Positions 44,414 through 52,025 of a stretch of DNA of 64,000 nucleotides are shown here, in pieces. The notes below the pieces were generated by a model. It worked only from the letters and a program-made list of their open reading frames with translations, ran no database searches and had not been told where the DNA came from. Within the stretch, counting starts at the first letter, position 1; every line of letters starts with the position of its first letter. Location of the stretch: assembly GCA_965232445.1 (NCBI GenBank), contig OZ246973.1, positions 2,483,874-2,547,873 on the forward strand, written 5' to 3'. This DNA comes from Woeseiaceae bacterium (lineage in GTDB: Bacteria; Pseudomonadota; Gammaproteobacteria; Steroidobacterales; Woeseiaceae). Position numbers and translations under genes: made by a program.

Positions 44414-44712
44414 TGCGCTTGCCTCGCAATCAACCGTGTTCGTCTAGGCTGCATGAACGGGGTTTCGGGCGCAAGGACGTCGATCTGCATTATGTCGACA
44501 GTCGAAGTTCTACTCCGGAGCAGGACGACTGATTCGGCGCCGGCGTCCTCGATCGGCGTCGCGGAACCCAGCGCCTGAGCGCCGAAAGCGGGATTGCACC
44601 ACCCAACGAGCAAGAGCGCCGGCAAGGCGGGAAGGCTGCGCCGGATTCTCGGCGGTATCGAGAATCGCGGTCCGAACAGCGAGACCAGCAGTGCGGTCAG
44701 CGCGATCAGCAT
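44395..44712 (-). CDS. possible small exported protein (weak call)
   Basis: An internal ATG of ORF 44395..44925 gives MLIALTALLVSLFGPRF... followed by a second hydrophobic stretch. The first half has GC3-rich codons. The last third uses rare AGA/ATA/ACT codons and overlaps the next gene by 19 nt. Confidence 0.25.
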   Translation of the reverse strand: MLIALTALLVSLFGPRFSIPPRIRRSLPALPALLLVGWCNPAFGAQALGSATPIEDAGAESVVLLRSRTSTVDIMQIDVLAPETPFMQPRRTRLIARQAQCSDSW

Positions 44713-44894
44713 GACGTCGTCTCCGAGTAGTCCTTTCGCGTCCCATGATCGCGGTCTGACACCGGCGCGTCCTGACGATCGTCTAATGAGCGGATGAGGA
44801 TTTGCCGCGAGGCTGCGTTCCGCGCTGCAGCTAGCCAAATTTCCCGCCTGGGTTACACTACCGCGCAACCAGGCCCCGTGCAGGAAGTAGAAGA

Positions 44895-46211
44895 ATGAAC
44901 AAGAAACTGGCGGCAATTGCCGCATTGAGCCTACTCATGAGTCCCGCCTTCTCGTCTGAGCTTAGTGATTCGGTTCAGCAGGACTACGACGACTATCTCT
45001 GGCCGCTGTTCGACTACTTCCACCGCAATCCGGAACTGTCGCTGGTCGAATTCGAAACCGCCGCGCGGATGGCCGAAGAGCTGCGCGCCGCCGGCTTCGA
45101 TGTGACAGAGAACGTGGGCGGCACCGGCGTGGTTGCAATGCTCGAAAACGGTCCCGGACCGCTGGTCATGATGCGCGCCGATATGGACGGTCTGCCGGTC
45201 GAGGAAAAGTCCGGGCTGGAGAATGCCTCGCGAGCCCAGCAGGAAGACCCGATCACCGGCAACCTGGTTTACACGATGCACGCCTGTGGTCATGACGTGC
45301 ATATCACGAGCCTCATTGGGACCGCCAGACAGATGGCGGCACGGACCGACGATTGGAGCGGTACGCTGATGCTCATCGTTCAGCCCGCCGAAGAGCGCGT
45401 GCTCGGCGCACGTGCGATGCGCGAAGACCGACTGTGGGACCGATTCGGCACTCCGGACTTCGCGCTCGCGTTCCATGTCTCGGCTAATGACGTGGCAGGG
45501 CAGATCAACGTCTCGGAAGGCAGCCCGTATGCGGGTGCCGATACCGTCGACATCATCATCCATGGCGTCGGCGCGCACGGCGCGCACCCGCATCGCGGGA
45601 GGGACCCGATCGTGCTCGGATCGCAGATCGTGCTCGCACTGCAGACGCTGGTATCGCGAGAACTGTCGCCGCGGATGCCGGGTGTCGTTACCGTGGGCTC
45701 GTTCCACTCGGGGACTAAACACAACATCATTTCGGACCGAGCGCATCTGCAGCTCACGGTTCGCAACACGAGCGAAGAGACCCGTCAGATTCTGCTCGAA
45801 GGTATCGAGCGCATCGCCGTCAATCTCGGCCGCGCCGCCGGTTTGCCGGAAGACAAGCTGCCCGAGGTGATCGTCTCGCAAGAAAGCGTGCCGCCTACCA
45901 CTAACGATGCACAGCTCGCGCGCCGCTTGCGCTCCGCGTGGAGCGCTGAGCTGGGTTCCGGGCGCGTCGTCGACATTCCGACGCGTGGGATGGGGGCTGA
46001 AGACTTCCCGTTCTTTACGGTCGATCCGTCGATTTCGTCGGTCTACTGGGCAATCGGCGGCACGCCGCAGGAAGACTTCGACCGCGAAGCCGCCGGCGGC
46101 GAGCCCGTACCGAGTCATCATTCGCCGCTGTTCAAGATATCTCCTGAGCCGGCGGTCACGGCGGGGGTCGAATCGACGGTAGTTGCTCTGATGGAGCTGA
46201 TGGGCAACTGA
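44895..46211 (+). CDS. M20D-family amidohydrolase (aminoacylase / hippurate hydrolase-like), secreted
   Basis: 438 aa with a signal peptide (LLMSPAFS), the HACGHDVH motif and the FQPAEE-like LIVQPAEE. Confidence 0.9.
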   Translation: MNKKLAAIAALSLLMSPAFSSELSDSVQQDYDDYLWPLFDYFHRNPELSLVEFETAARMAEELRAAGFDVTENVGGTGVVAMLENGPGPLVMMRADMDGLPVEEKSGLENASRAQQEDPITGNLVYTMHACGHDVHITSLIGTARQMAARTDDWSGTLMLIVQPAEERVLGARAMREDRLWDRFGTPDFALAFHVSANDVAGQINVSEGSPYAGADTVDIIIHGVGAHGAHPHRGRDPIVLGSQIVLALQTLVSRELSPRMPGVVTVGSFHSGTKHNIISDRAHLQLTVRNTSEETRQILLEGIERIAVNLGRAAGLPEDKLPEVIVSQESVPPTTNDAQLARRLRSAWSAELGSGRVVDIPTRGMGAEDFPFFTVDPSISSVYWAIGGTPQEDFDREAAGGEPVPSHHSPLFKISPEPAVTAGVESTVVALMELMGN

Positions 46212-46240
46212 GCCTGCGCTCCGGCCGAGCGCGACATTTC

Positions 46241-46319
46241 GTAGGAGCGGCTTCCAGCCGCGATCCATTGCCAGCATGCCTGGGCGATGCCGATGATCGC
46301 GGCTGGAAGCCGCTCCTAC
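46241..46319. repeat. Inverted pair of REP elements
   Basis: GTAGGAGCGGCTTCCAGCCGCGATC (46241-46265) and its exact reverse complement GATCGCGGCTGGAAGCCGCTCCTAC (46295-46319) are separated by 29 bp. Each arm has its own internal palindrome GCGGCT/AGCCGC. The pair sits 30 bp after the M20 stop. Confidence 0.85.
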
Positions 46320-46558
46320 GGCAGTTGAGAACCAATCACGATCAGCTTGCTAAAGTCTCTTCATCGCCAGTCTCTGCCGGCCGCCAGGAAGATGAACAAA
46401 CGTCTGCTATCGGAGGGAGCCGCGTTCGAACTCGTGTTTACCCGAATGGCAGACCCTCTGCTGTAACATTTCTGAGCGACCGCTCGACTTCGCAAAACCG
46501 CCCGTCGTTTTGCTCTCGCCCTAATTTCCGCATCCGGCCCAAGGCAGCGGCTCATCCT

Positions 46559-46583
46559 GTAGGAGCCCGCCAGGCGGGCGATC
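46559..46583. repeat. REP-like element (variant core)
   Basis: GTAGGAGCCCGCCAGGCGGGCGATC has the same GTAGGAGC...CGATC frame as the other copies. Confidence 0.75.
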
Positions 46584-46634
46584 AAATTTGATAGGCTGCA
46601 ATGGACCCAAAGCAGCAGAACGTGAAGAGTTGTT

Positions 46635-46952
46635 TTGCCAATATCAGACCAATACAAATCTGCATGCACAAACTATATTCGCTCTGCATCCAAGCGGCCC
46701 GGGATGTACTTCCGGTTGCTCAAAGATCTTGAGCATCAAATGCATGGGTACGCAGTTGCATTTATCGACCTTGGCATCATCGACGGTCGCGACCAAATGT
46801 TTAATACCTCATTTGGACAATGGCTATACGAGAACTACCAGCTCAGCTGTTGCAGCGGATGGGCCTATGCTTTTGTGGACTCCACCGAGTCGGAAGACGA
46901 GGCCGCAGCGAGGTTCTTTGAACTTGCAGAGCAATTCCTTGAACAGTGGTAG
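46635..46952 (+). CDS. small hypothetical protein, paralog A (TTG start, or a 5'-frameshifted copy)
   Basis: The 105-aa frame is homologous along its length to paralog B. The ATG that aligns with the paralog B start (46601) is out of frame by +1 nt: 52 nt rather than 51 nt before the conserved TACAA. Only a TTG (46635) is available in frame. Confidence 0.45.
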   Translation: MPISDQYKSACTNYIRSASKRPGMYFRLLKDLEHQMHGYAVAFIDLGIIDGRDQMFNTSFGQWLYENYQLSCCSGWAYAFVDSTESEDEAAARFFELAEQFLEQW

Positions 46953-47026
46953 TCAATATCTGGTTGCCGTCTGCTTCTGGCCGAATGCTGACCTGCGGAT
47001 CGCGGCTGGAAGCCGCTCCTACGGGG
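46827..47026 (+). repeat. Direct repeat copy 1 (200 bp; 3' end of paralog A plus downstream REP)
   Basis: It matches 47349-47548 with only 2 mismatches by my alignment, at an offset of 522 bp. Confidence 0.85.
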
Positions 47027-47126
47027 CTGGCTATTCGAGCGTGTTTGAAATGCGAGACCTTCTGACATATAGCGGCCGTTGCTTGTCGCCCGTGCAGGCC
47101 TGGGGATCAATTCTGATAGGCTGCCA

Positions 47127-47474
47127 ATGACCGAATGCGACCATGCCAAGAGAGTCGAGTTGCCGCTATCCGAAAAATACAAGTCTGCTTGCGAAAGCTA
47201 CATTCGTCGCGCGTCTAAACGGCCAGGGATGTACTTTCGATCGCTCGTCGAGCTTGAAAACCAGATGCATGGCCATGCAGTTGCCTACGATGAGTTCGGC
47301 GAAATAAGCGGTTACGACGACTTCAATATTCGATTCAGAAACTGGTTGTACGAGAACTTCCAGCTCAGCTGTTGCAGCGGATGGGCCTATGCTTTTGTGG
47401 ACTCCACCGAGTCGGAAGACGAGGCCGCAGCGCGGTTCTTTGAACTTGCAGAGCAATTCCTTGAACAGTGGTAG
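47127..47474 (+). CDS. small hypothetical protein, paralog B
   Basis: MTECDHAKRVELPLSEKYKSACESYIRRASKRPGMYFRSLVELENQMHGHAVAY... runs to 115 aa. The start is re-called to ATG 47127 inside ORF 47079..47474. The C-terminal 41 aa differ from paralog A at a single residue (F vs Y at the first position). Confidence 0.6.
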   Translation: MTECDHAKRVELPLSEKYKSACESYIRRASKRPGMYFRSLVELENQMHGHAVAYDEFGEISGYDDFNIRFRNWLYENFQLSCCSGWAYAFVDSTESEDEAAARFFELAEQFLEQW

Positions 47475-47548
47475 TCAATATCTGGTTGCCGTCTGCTTCT
47501 GGCCGAATGCTGACCTGCGGATCGCGGCTGGAAGCCGCTCCTACGGGG
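47349..47548 (+). repeat. Direct repeat copy 2 (200 bp; 3' end of paralog B plus downstream REP at 47520-47544)
   Basis: See copy 1. It includes GATCGCGGCTGGAAGCCGCTCCTAC, identical to the REP at 46998-47022 and to the 46295-46319 arm. Confidence 0.85.
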
Positions 47549-47663
47549 TGGTTGTTCGAACCTGAATCCGAATTCGAGGTTGTTGTTCGTTTTGGCCGGG
47601 GAGCGGCCGCCGGGTCGATTCACGCTAGAATGGCGGCTACTGACCTCTGCCGGGCCCAGGAAC

Positions 47664-48185
47664 ATGACTCGAGTTCACCTGTCTCTTTGGCCGATTCTGG
47701 TGATTTCCAGCGCATCTGCACAACCGGCTATCGACGGAGCCGAATTCGTCGGCGCGTGTCGGAACGAACTGGCACAGAGACAGTCATCGCATATCGTCAA
47801 CGGTCAATTGACAGCCAGGTGGTCGGCCGCATGGACGATCAGCTACAGCGCATCTCAACTAACGTTCGTGTCCATTCGGGACTCACTCCCGGAAGAACAG
47901 CTCGACCATAGCCAGCTTGCCCACGATTGGGCGATTCTCTGCACTGTAGATGAGACTGGCAAAGTGGTGTCATTGGTCTCGCCGGAGAACAACGAGCTCA
48001 TTCAGTTCGTAGAGAACGGCGATTCAATTGAAGAGCGGGACTACGCGCAAATTGCAGCGAAGCTCAGCGAGGGAATAGCTGTGTACCGATATGACACCTT
48101 CTATCGGGTAGACGGCTACGAGGTTACGCAACTTGGCGAGACTCGACGATCGGAAGTCGATCGCAGCGATTTTCAGGTTGAGTGA
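47664..48185 (+). CDS. hypothetical secreted protein
   Basis: The start is re-called to ATG 47664, giving MTRVHLSLWPILVISSASAQP (signal peptide). 173 aa with no motif recognised. Confidence 0.55.
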   Translation: MTRVHLSLWPILVISSASAQPAIDGAEFVGACRNELAQRQSSHIVNGQLTARWSAAWTISYSASQLTFVSIRDSLPEEQLDHSQLAHDWAILCTVDETGKVVSLVSPENNELIQFVENGDSIEERDYAQIAAKLSEGIAVYRYDTFYRVDGYEVTQLGETRRSEVDRSDFQVE

Positions 48186-48270
48186 GAGCCCGCTCCCCGC
48201 CGAAGTCCGACACATTGCTCGCCTCCGGGTGCGAGCTACTTGAAGCGCTCCAATCGATGCATTCCCCCAA

Positions 48271-48510
48271 CTAGTCTTCTACGTCCGCCTCGAAATCTTC
48301 CAGCGACTCACCGCCCGCGCTCTTGAGAAGAATCTCGACCTTCTGTTCGGCTTCTTTGAGTGCGGTCTGACAGCCACGCGTGAGCTTGATGCCTTCCTCG
48401 AATTTCTTCATCGCTTTTTCGAGGGGCAGGTCGCCCGATTCGAGTTCTTCCACGATGTCTTCCAACTGTGCGAGCGATTTCTCGAGGTCCACTTTCTTGT
48501 CGGCGGCCAT
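48271..48510 (-). CDS. xseB: exodeoxyribonuclease VII small subunit
   Basis: LEKSLAQLEDIVEELESGDLPLEKAMKKFEEGIKLTRGCQTALKEAEQKVEIL is the XseB pattern. The start is re-called to ATG 48510. Confidence 0.85.
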   Translation of the reverse strand: MAADKKVDLEKSLAQLEDIVEELESGDLPLEKAMKKFEEGIKLTRGCQTALKEAEQKVEILLKSAGGESLEDFEADVED

Positions 48511-48579
48511 AGGGGTCTCATGTGTTGCGGGCGGCGCTAAGCTACCGCCCGTTGTAAGGAGCGTCAACGATTGCCGTGC

Positions 48580-48598
48580 GGCAATGATAATCGTTCGC
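48580..48598. promoter_or_regulatory. Fur-box-like sequence in the xseB / rubrerythrin divergent region
   Basis: GGCAATGATAATCGTTCGC matches the 19-bp E. coli Fur consensus GATAATGATAATCATTATC at 14 of 19 positions. The central AATGATAATC is intact. Confidence 0.35.
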
Positions 48599-48619
48599 AG
48601 GCCCGGCGTGCGGACTGAA

Positions 48620-48649
48620 TTGACACTCCCATGGCCGCACGACTACAGT
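48620..48649 (+). promoter_or_regulatory. candidate sigma70 promoter for the rubrerythrin operon
   Basis: TTGACA (48620-48625), an 18-nt spacer, then TACAGT (48644-48649). A GAGGGGG Shine-Dalgarno lies 8 nt before the ATG at 48707. Confidence 0.45.
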
Positions 48650-48706
48650 ACCCGTCCTTAGACACGGTCTAACAAAAGTTCAACGAATCATCGAGGGGGT
48701 AAAACA

Positions 48707-49126
48707 ATGTCACTTAAAGGCAGTAAGACTGAAGGCAATCTCAAGGATGCATTTGCCGGTGAGTCGCAGGCGAACCGTCGCTATCTCTACTTCGCGGCCA
48801 AAGCCGACGTAGAAGGCTACAACGACGTTGCTGCCGTGTTCCGTTCGACCGCCGAGGGTGAGACCGGCCACGCGCACGGCCATCTGGAGTACCTCGAGGA
48901 AGTCGGCGATCCGGCGACGGGTCTTCCGATCGGCTCAACGTCGGCCAACCTGGCCGCGGCGATCGCCGGTGAGACGCACGAGTACACGGACATGTACCCG
49001 GGCATGGCGAAGACGGCTCGCGACGAGGGCTTCGACGAGATTGCGGACTGGTTCGAGACGCTGGCAAAGGCTGAGCGCTCACACGCCAACCGCTTCCAGA
49101 AAGCGCTCGACACGCTCGACGACTAA
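48707..49126 (+). CDS. rubrerythrin-family diiron protein without rubredoxin domain
   Basis: 139 aa. [34 protein letters not shown] and [10 protein letters not shown] give the paired E / ExxH ligand sets of a four-helix diiron protein. Confidence 0.9.
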   Translation: MSLKGSKTEGNLKDAFAGESQANRRYLYFAAKADVEGYNDVAAVFRSTAEGETGHAHGHLEYLEEVGDPATGLPIGSTSANLAAAIAGETHEYTDMYPGMAKTARDEGFDEIADWFETLAKAERSHANRFQKALDTLDD

Positions 49127-49145
49127 TCCGGTATCGGAATTGAAC

Positions 49146-49176
49146 GCCGGGCCCCGAGCGGGCCCGGCTGTTTGTT
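49146..49176 (+). terminator. GC-rich hairpin plus T-rich tail between the rubrerythrin and Fe-S genes (terminator or attenuator-like)
   Basis: GCCGGGCCC-CGAGC-GGGCCCGGC (9 GC pairs) is followed by TGTTTGTT, and then directly by the ATG at 49177. Confidence 0.6.
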
Positions 49177-50520
49177 ATGAGTAACTCGGAATTCAAACGC
49201 GAGGGCAGTCTCGAGGCGCCGACACGGCACCCGATCGACTGGAAGAGCGACGAATACTACGACGACGCGGCACTCGACGCGGAACTCGAGCGCGTCTTCG
49301 ACATTTGTCACGGCTGTCGCCGCTGCTTCAACCTCTGCAACTCCTTCCCAACGCTGTTCGATGCAGTCGACGAATCGGACACGATGGAAGTGGATGGCGT
49401 TGCCAAAGAACTCTATTGGGACGTCGTCGATCACTGCTATCTGTGCGACATGTGCTACATGAGCAAGTGTCCGTACGTCCCGCCGCACGAATGGAACGTC
49501 GACTTCCCGCACCTGATGCTGCGCGCGAAGGCGACGCGCTTCAGGAAGCAGGGCGCTTCAGTCCGCGACAAGGTACTGACGTCGACGGACGCAGTCGGAA
49601 AGTTTGCAGGTATTCCGATCGTCTCCGGCATCGTGAATGCGGCGAACCGCTCCGGCGCGGGCCGTGCGGTACTCGAGAAGACCTTCGGAGTGCACCGCGA
49701 TGCGGTAGTGCCGCCGTACCACTCGAACTCTGCTCGCAAGCGGCTCAAGCACCTCGCGAACGCATCCGGTGACGGCGCCGAGGCCGCCGGACCGACCAAG
49801 GGCCGAGTCGTGCTGTACGCCACGTGCTACGGCAATCGCAATCGTCCCGAGATGGACGAAGACCTCGCGGCGGTTTTCGCACACAACGGTATCCCTGTGG
49901 CGCTGGCCGAGAAAGAAGCCTGCTGCGGCATGCCGAAACTCGAGCTCGGCGATCTGGAAGCGGTCGAGCGGGCGAAAAACGTCAACATTCCCGTGCTGGC
50001 CGCGTGGGTGGACAAGGGTTGGGACATCGTTACCCCGATTCCGTCCTGCACGTTGATGTACAAGCAGGAATTGCCGCTGATGTTCCCGGACGACCCGGAC
50101 GTCATCAAAGTGCGCGATGCAATGTTCGACCCGTTCGAGTACCTGTCGCTGCGGCATAAGGACGGCAAACTCAACACGGAGTTCAAGGAGCCGCTCGGCA
50201 AGGTTTCCTACCAGGTTCCCTGCCATCTGCGCGTGCAGAACATCGGTATGCGGACCCGCGACGTGCTTCAGTTGGTACCCGACACCAGCGTCGAGGCCAT
50301 CGAACGCTGCACCGGTCATGACGGTGTCTACGCCGTCAAGAAGGAATTCCACGAAACCTCGAAGAAGATCGCGCGCCCGGTCGTCAACAAGGTCAAGCGC
50401 GGTGAGGCCCAGCACTTTGTGAGCGACTGCCCAATGGCGGCCGAGCACATCGCCCAGGACGTCGAGGGCGTGGAAGCCGGTCACCCCATGAGTCTGTTGC
50501 GGAGAGCCTACGGAATATGA
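49177..50520 (+). CDS. (Fe-S)-binding oxidoreductase of the HdrD/GlpC/GlcF type (2x[4Fe-4S] + CCG domains)
   Basis: CHGCRRCFNLC and CYLCDMCYMSKCP are ferredoxin-type motifs. Two Cys-rich CCG-type regions follow: YATCYG...ACCGMP, and a degenerate second copy VPCH...RCTGHDG. Confidence 0.9.
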   Translation: MSNSEFKREGSLEAPTRHPIDWKSDEYYDDAALDAELERVFDICHGCRRCFNLCNSFPTLFDAVDESDTMEVDGVAKELYWDVVDHCYLCDMCYMSKCPYVPPHEWNVDFPHLMLRAKATRFRKQGASVRDKVLTSTDAVGKFAGIPIVSGIVNAANRSGAGRAVLEKTFGVHRDAVVPPYHSNSARKRLKHLANASGDGAEAAGPTKGRVVLYATCYGNRNRPEMDEDLAAVFAHNGIPVALAEKEACCGMPKLELGDLEAVERAKNVNIPVLAAWVDKGWDIVTPIPSCTLMYKQELPLMFPDDPDVIKVRDAMFDPFEYLSLRHKDGKLNTEFKEPLGKVSYQVPCHLRVQNIGMRTRDVLQLVPDTSVEAIERCTGHDGVYAVKKEFHETSKKIARPVVNKVKRGEAQHFVSDCPMAAEHIAQDVEGVEAGHPMSLLRRAYGI

Positions 50521-51110
50521 GTGCGACGCAGAAACTGACACGCGACGACCTGATGAGTCTCGAACAATACTCCGAGGCCAGGGGCGACTTCCGCAGCAAG
50601 GTGCTGGCGCACAAGAAAAACCGTCGCCTGGACCTCGGCACGAACGCCGCGCTGTACTTCGAAGACCGCCTGACGATGCAGTACCAGATCCAGGAGATGC
50701 TGCGCATCGAGCGCATCTTCGAAGCCGACGGTATCAACGACGAACTCGAAGCCTACAATCCATTGATCCCCGATGGATCGAACCTGAAGGCCACCTTCAT
50801 GGTCGAGTTTCCGGAGGTGGAGGAGCGGCGAGCGATGCTGAAGTCGCTGATCGGTATCGAAGATCGCGTGTACCTCCAGGTCGAAGGCCACGACCGCGTT
50901 CATCCGATTGCCGACGAAGACCTCGAGCGTTCCGATGCGGAGAAAACCTCGGCCGTCCACTTCCTGCGCTTCGAATTGAGCGACGAAATGGTCGCCGCAC
51001 TGAAGAGCGGCACGTCGCTGATCGCAGGGATCGACCACGAAAACTACCGCGTCGAAATCAAGCCGGTCGCCGGCAATATCCGCGACTCGTTGACCGCCGA
51101 CCTCGACTAA
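50517..51110 (+). CDS. DUF3501-like protein
   Basis: 197 aa. The ATG overlaps the stop of the Fe-S gene (ATGA). The sequence (YNPLIPDGSNLKATFMVEF..., VHFLRFEL) matches my recollection of DUF3501, which is often encoded next to such Fe-S proteins. Confidence 0.72.
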   Translation: MSATQKLTRDDLMSLEQYSEARGDFRSKVLAHKKNRRLDLGTNAALYFEDRLTMQYQIQEMLRIERIFEADGINDELEAYNPLIPDGSNLKATFMVEFPEVEERRAMLKSLIGIEDRVYLQVEGHDRVHPIADEDLERSDAEKTSAVHFLRFELSDEMVAALKSGTSLIAGIDHENYRVEIKPVAGNIRDSLTADLD

Positions 51111-51207
51111 TCCGCAGGCGTTTTGAATTTGGCGCGATCCGCAATGTTCGCGTCACAGCCCCCGTGTATCGTCTTTGCATCGACGACGATTCGAGGACGG
51201 CCGCAAC

Positions 51208-51876
51208 ATGAAGAAGCTGGGTAACGGATATACCCTCGCCGAAGAAATTGCTCATGTGATCACCCATGGCGCAGGCGTCATCCTGAGCATCATCGCGCTA
51301 TCCTGGATGCTGTTCGTGTCCATCGAAGCGCTGGATCCCTGGCGCATCGTCGCCAGCGTCGTCTACGGTCTGAGCATGATTGCGCTGTTCACGGCTTCCA
51401 CGCTGTATCACTCGTTCCATTCCCACCAGCATCGTGCGGTATTCGAACTGCTGGATCATTGCGCGATCTACCTGCTGATCGCGGGCACGTATACGCCGTT
51501 CCTGCTCGTTGCGATGCGGACGGGTACCGGCTGGGCGCTGTTCGGCGCGATTTGGGCGCTGGCTACCGCGGGCATTCTTACCCGCCTGTGGCTCCGCAAT
51601 CGTTTCGAGAAACTCCAGCTTGGCGGCTATCTGTTGATGGGCTGGCTGGTCGTCATTGCAATGCCGCAGCTGATCGGTGCGATCGGTTGGGATGCAATGC
51701 TGCTGCTTGCCGCGGGTGGCATCTGTTACACGGTTGGCGTGGTCTTCTACGTGATGAACCGGCTGCCGTTCAATCACGCCATTTGGCACGTTTTCGTACT
51801 TGCCGGCGGTGTGCTGCATTTCCTGGCCGTCGCACTGCACGTACTGCCGCAAAATACCGTAAGCGTCATGGGCTGA
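51208..51876 (+). CDS. hemolysin III / PAQR-family membrane protein
   Basis: Seven TM segments. EEIAHVITHG, the HSF..HQ region, DHCAIYLLIAGTYTPF and the C-terminal HAIWHVFVLAG are typical of HlyIII/YqfA. The start is re-called to ATG 51208. Confidence 0.9.
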   Translation: MKKLGNGYTLAEEIAHVITHGAGVILSIIALSWMLFVSIEALDPWRIVASVVYGLSMIALFTASTLYHSFHSHQHRAVFELLDHCAIYLLIAGTYTPFLLVAMRTGTGWALFGAIWALATAGILTRLWLRNRFEKLQLGGYLLMGWLVVIAMPQLIGAIGWDAMLLLAAGGICYTVGVVFYVMNRLPFNHAIWHVFVLAGGVLHFLAVALHVLPQNTVSVMG

Positions 51877-52025
51877 ACCCACGCCGGCCGTTTCTCCGCG
51901 CTCTTCGCCGGAAGCGGGCTAGTGAAGCCCGGTGCTTTCAGGCTAGAATCCCCCACGATCGAATTGGGCACTCTCTTTGGGACTGTACGTCCGTTTCTGG
52001 CACGGGCGAATGGAATCCGTATTGA

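Noticed and set aside
44931-46277. 448-aa ORF antisense to the M20 amidohydrolase
   Set aside because: It is an antisense artefact. It also runs through a REP element at its 5' end.
46670-47260. The RPGMY motif in the duplicated small proteins resembles the N-terminal RKRPGMY(I) signature of GyrB/ParE (ParE in this window has [10 protein letters not shown])
   Set aside because: A five-residue match is too short to infer homology or a topoisomerase-related function. The rest of the 105-115-aa proteins shows no GHKL features that I can see. It is kept only as a hint to test with profile searches.
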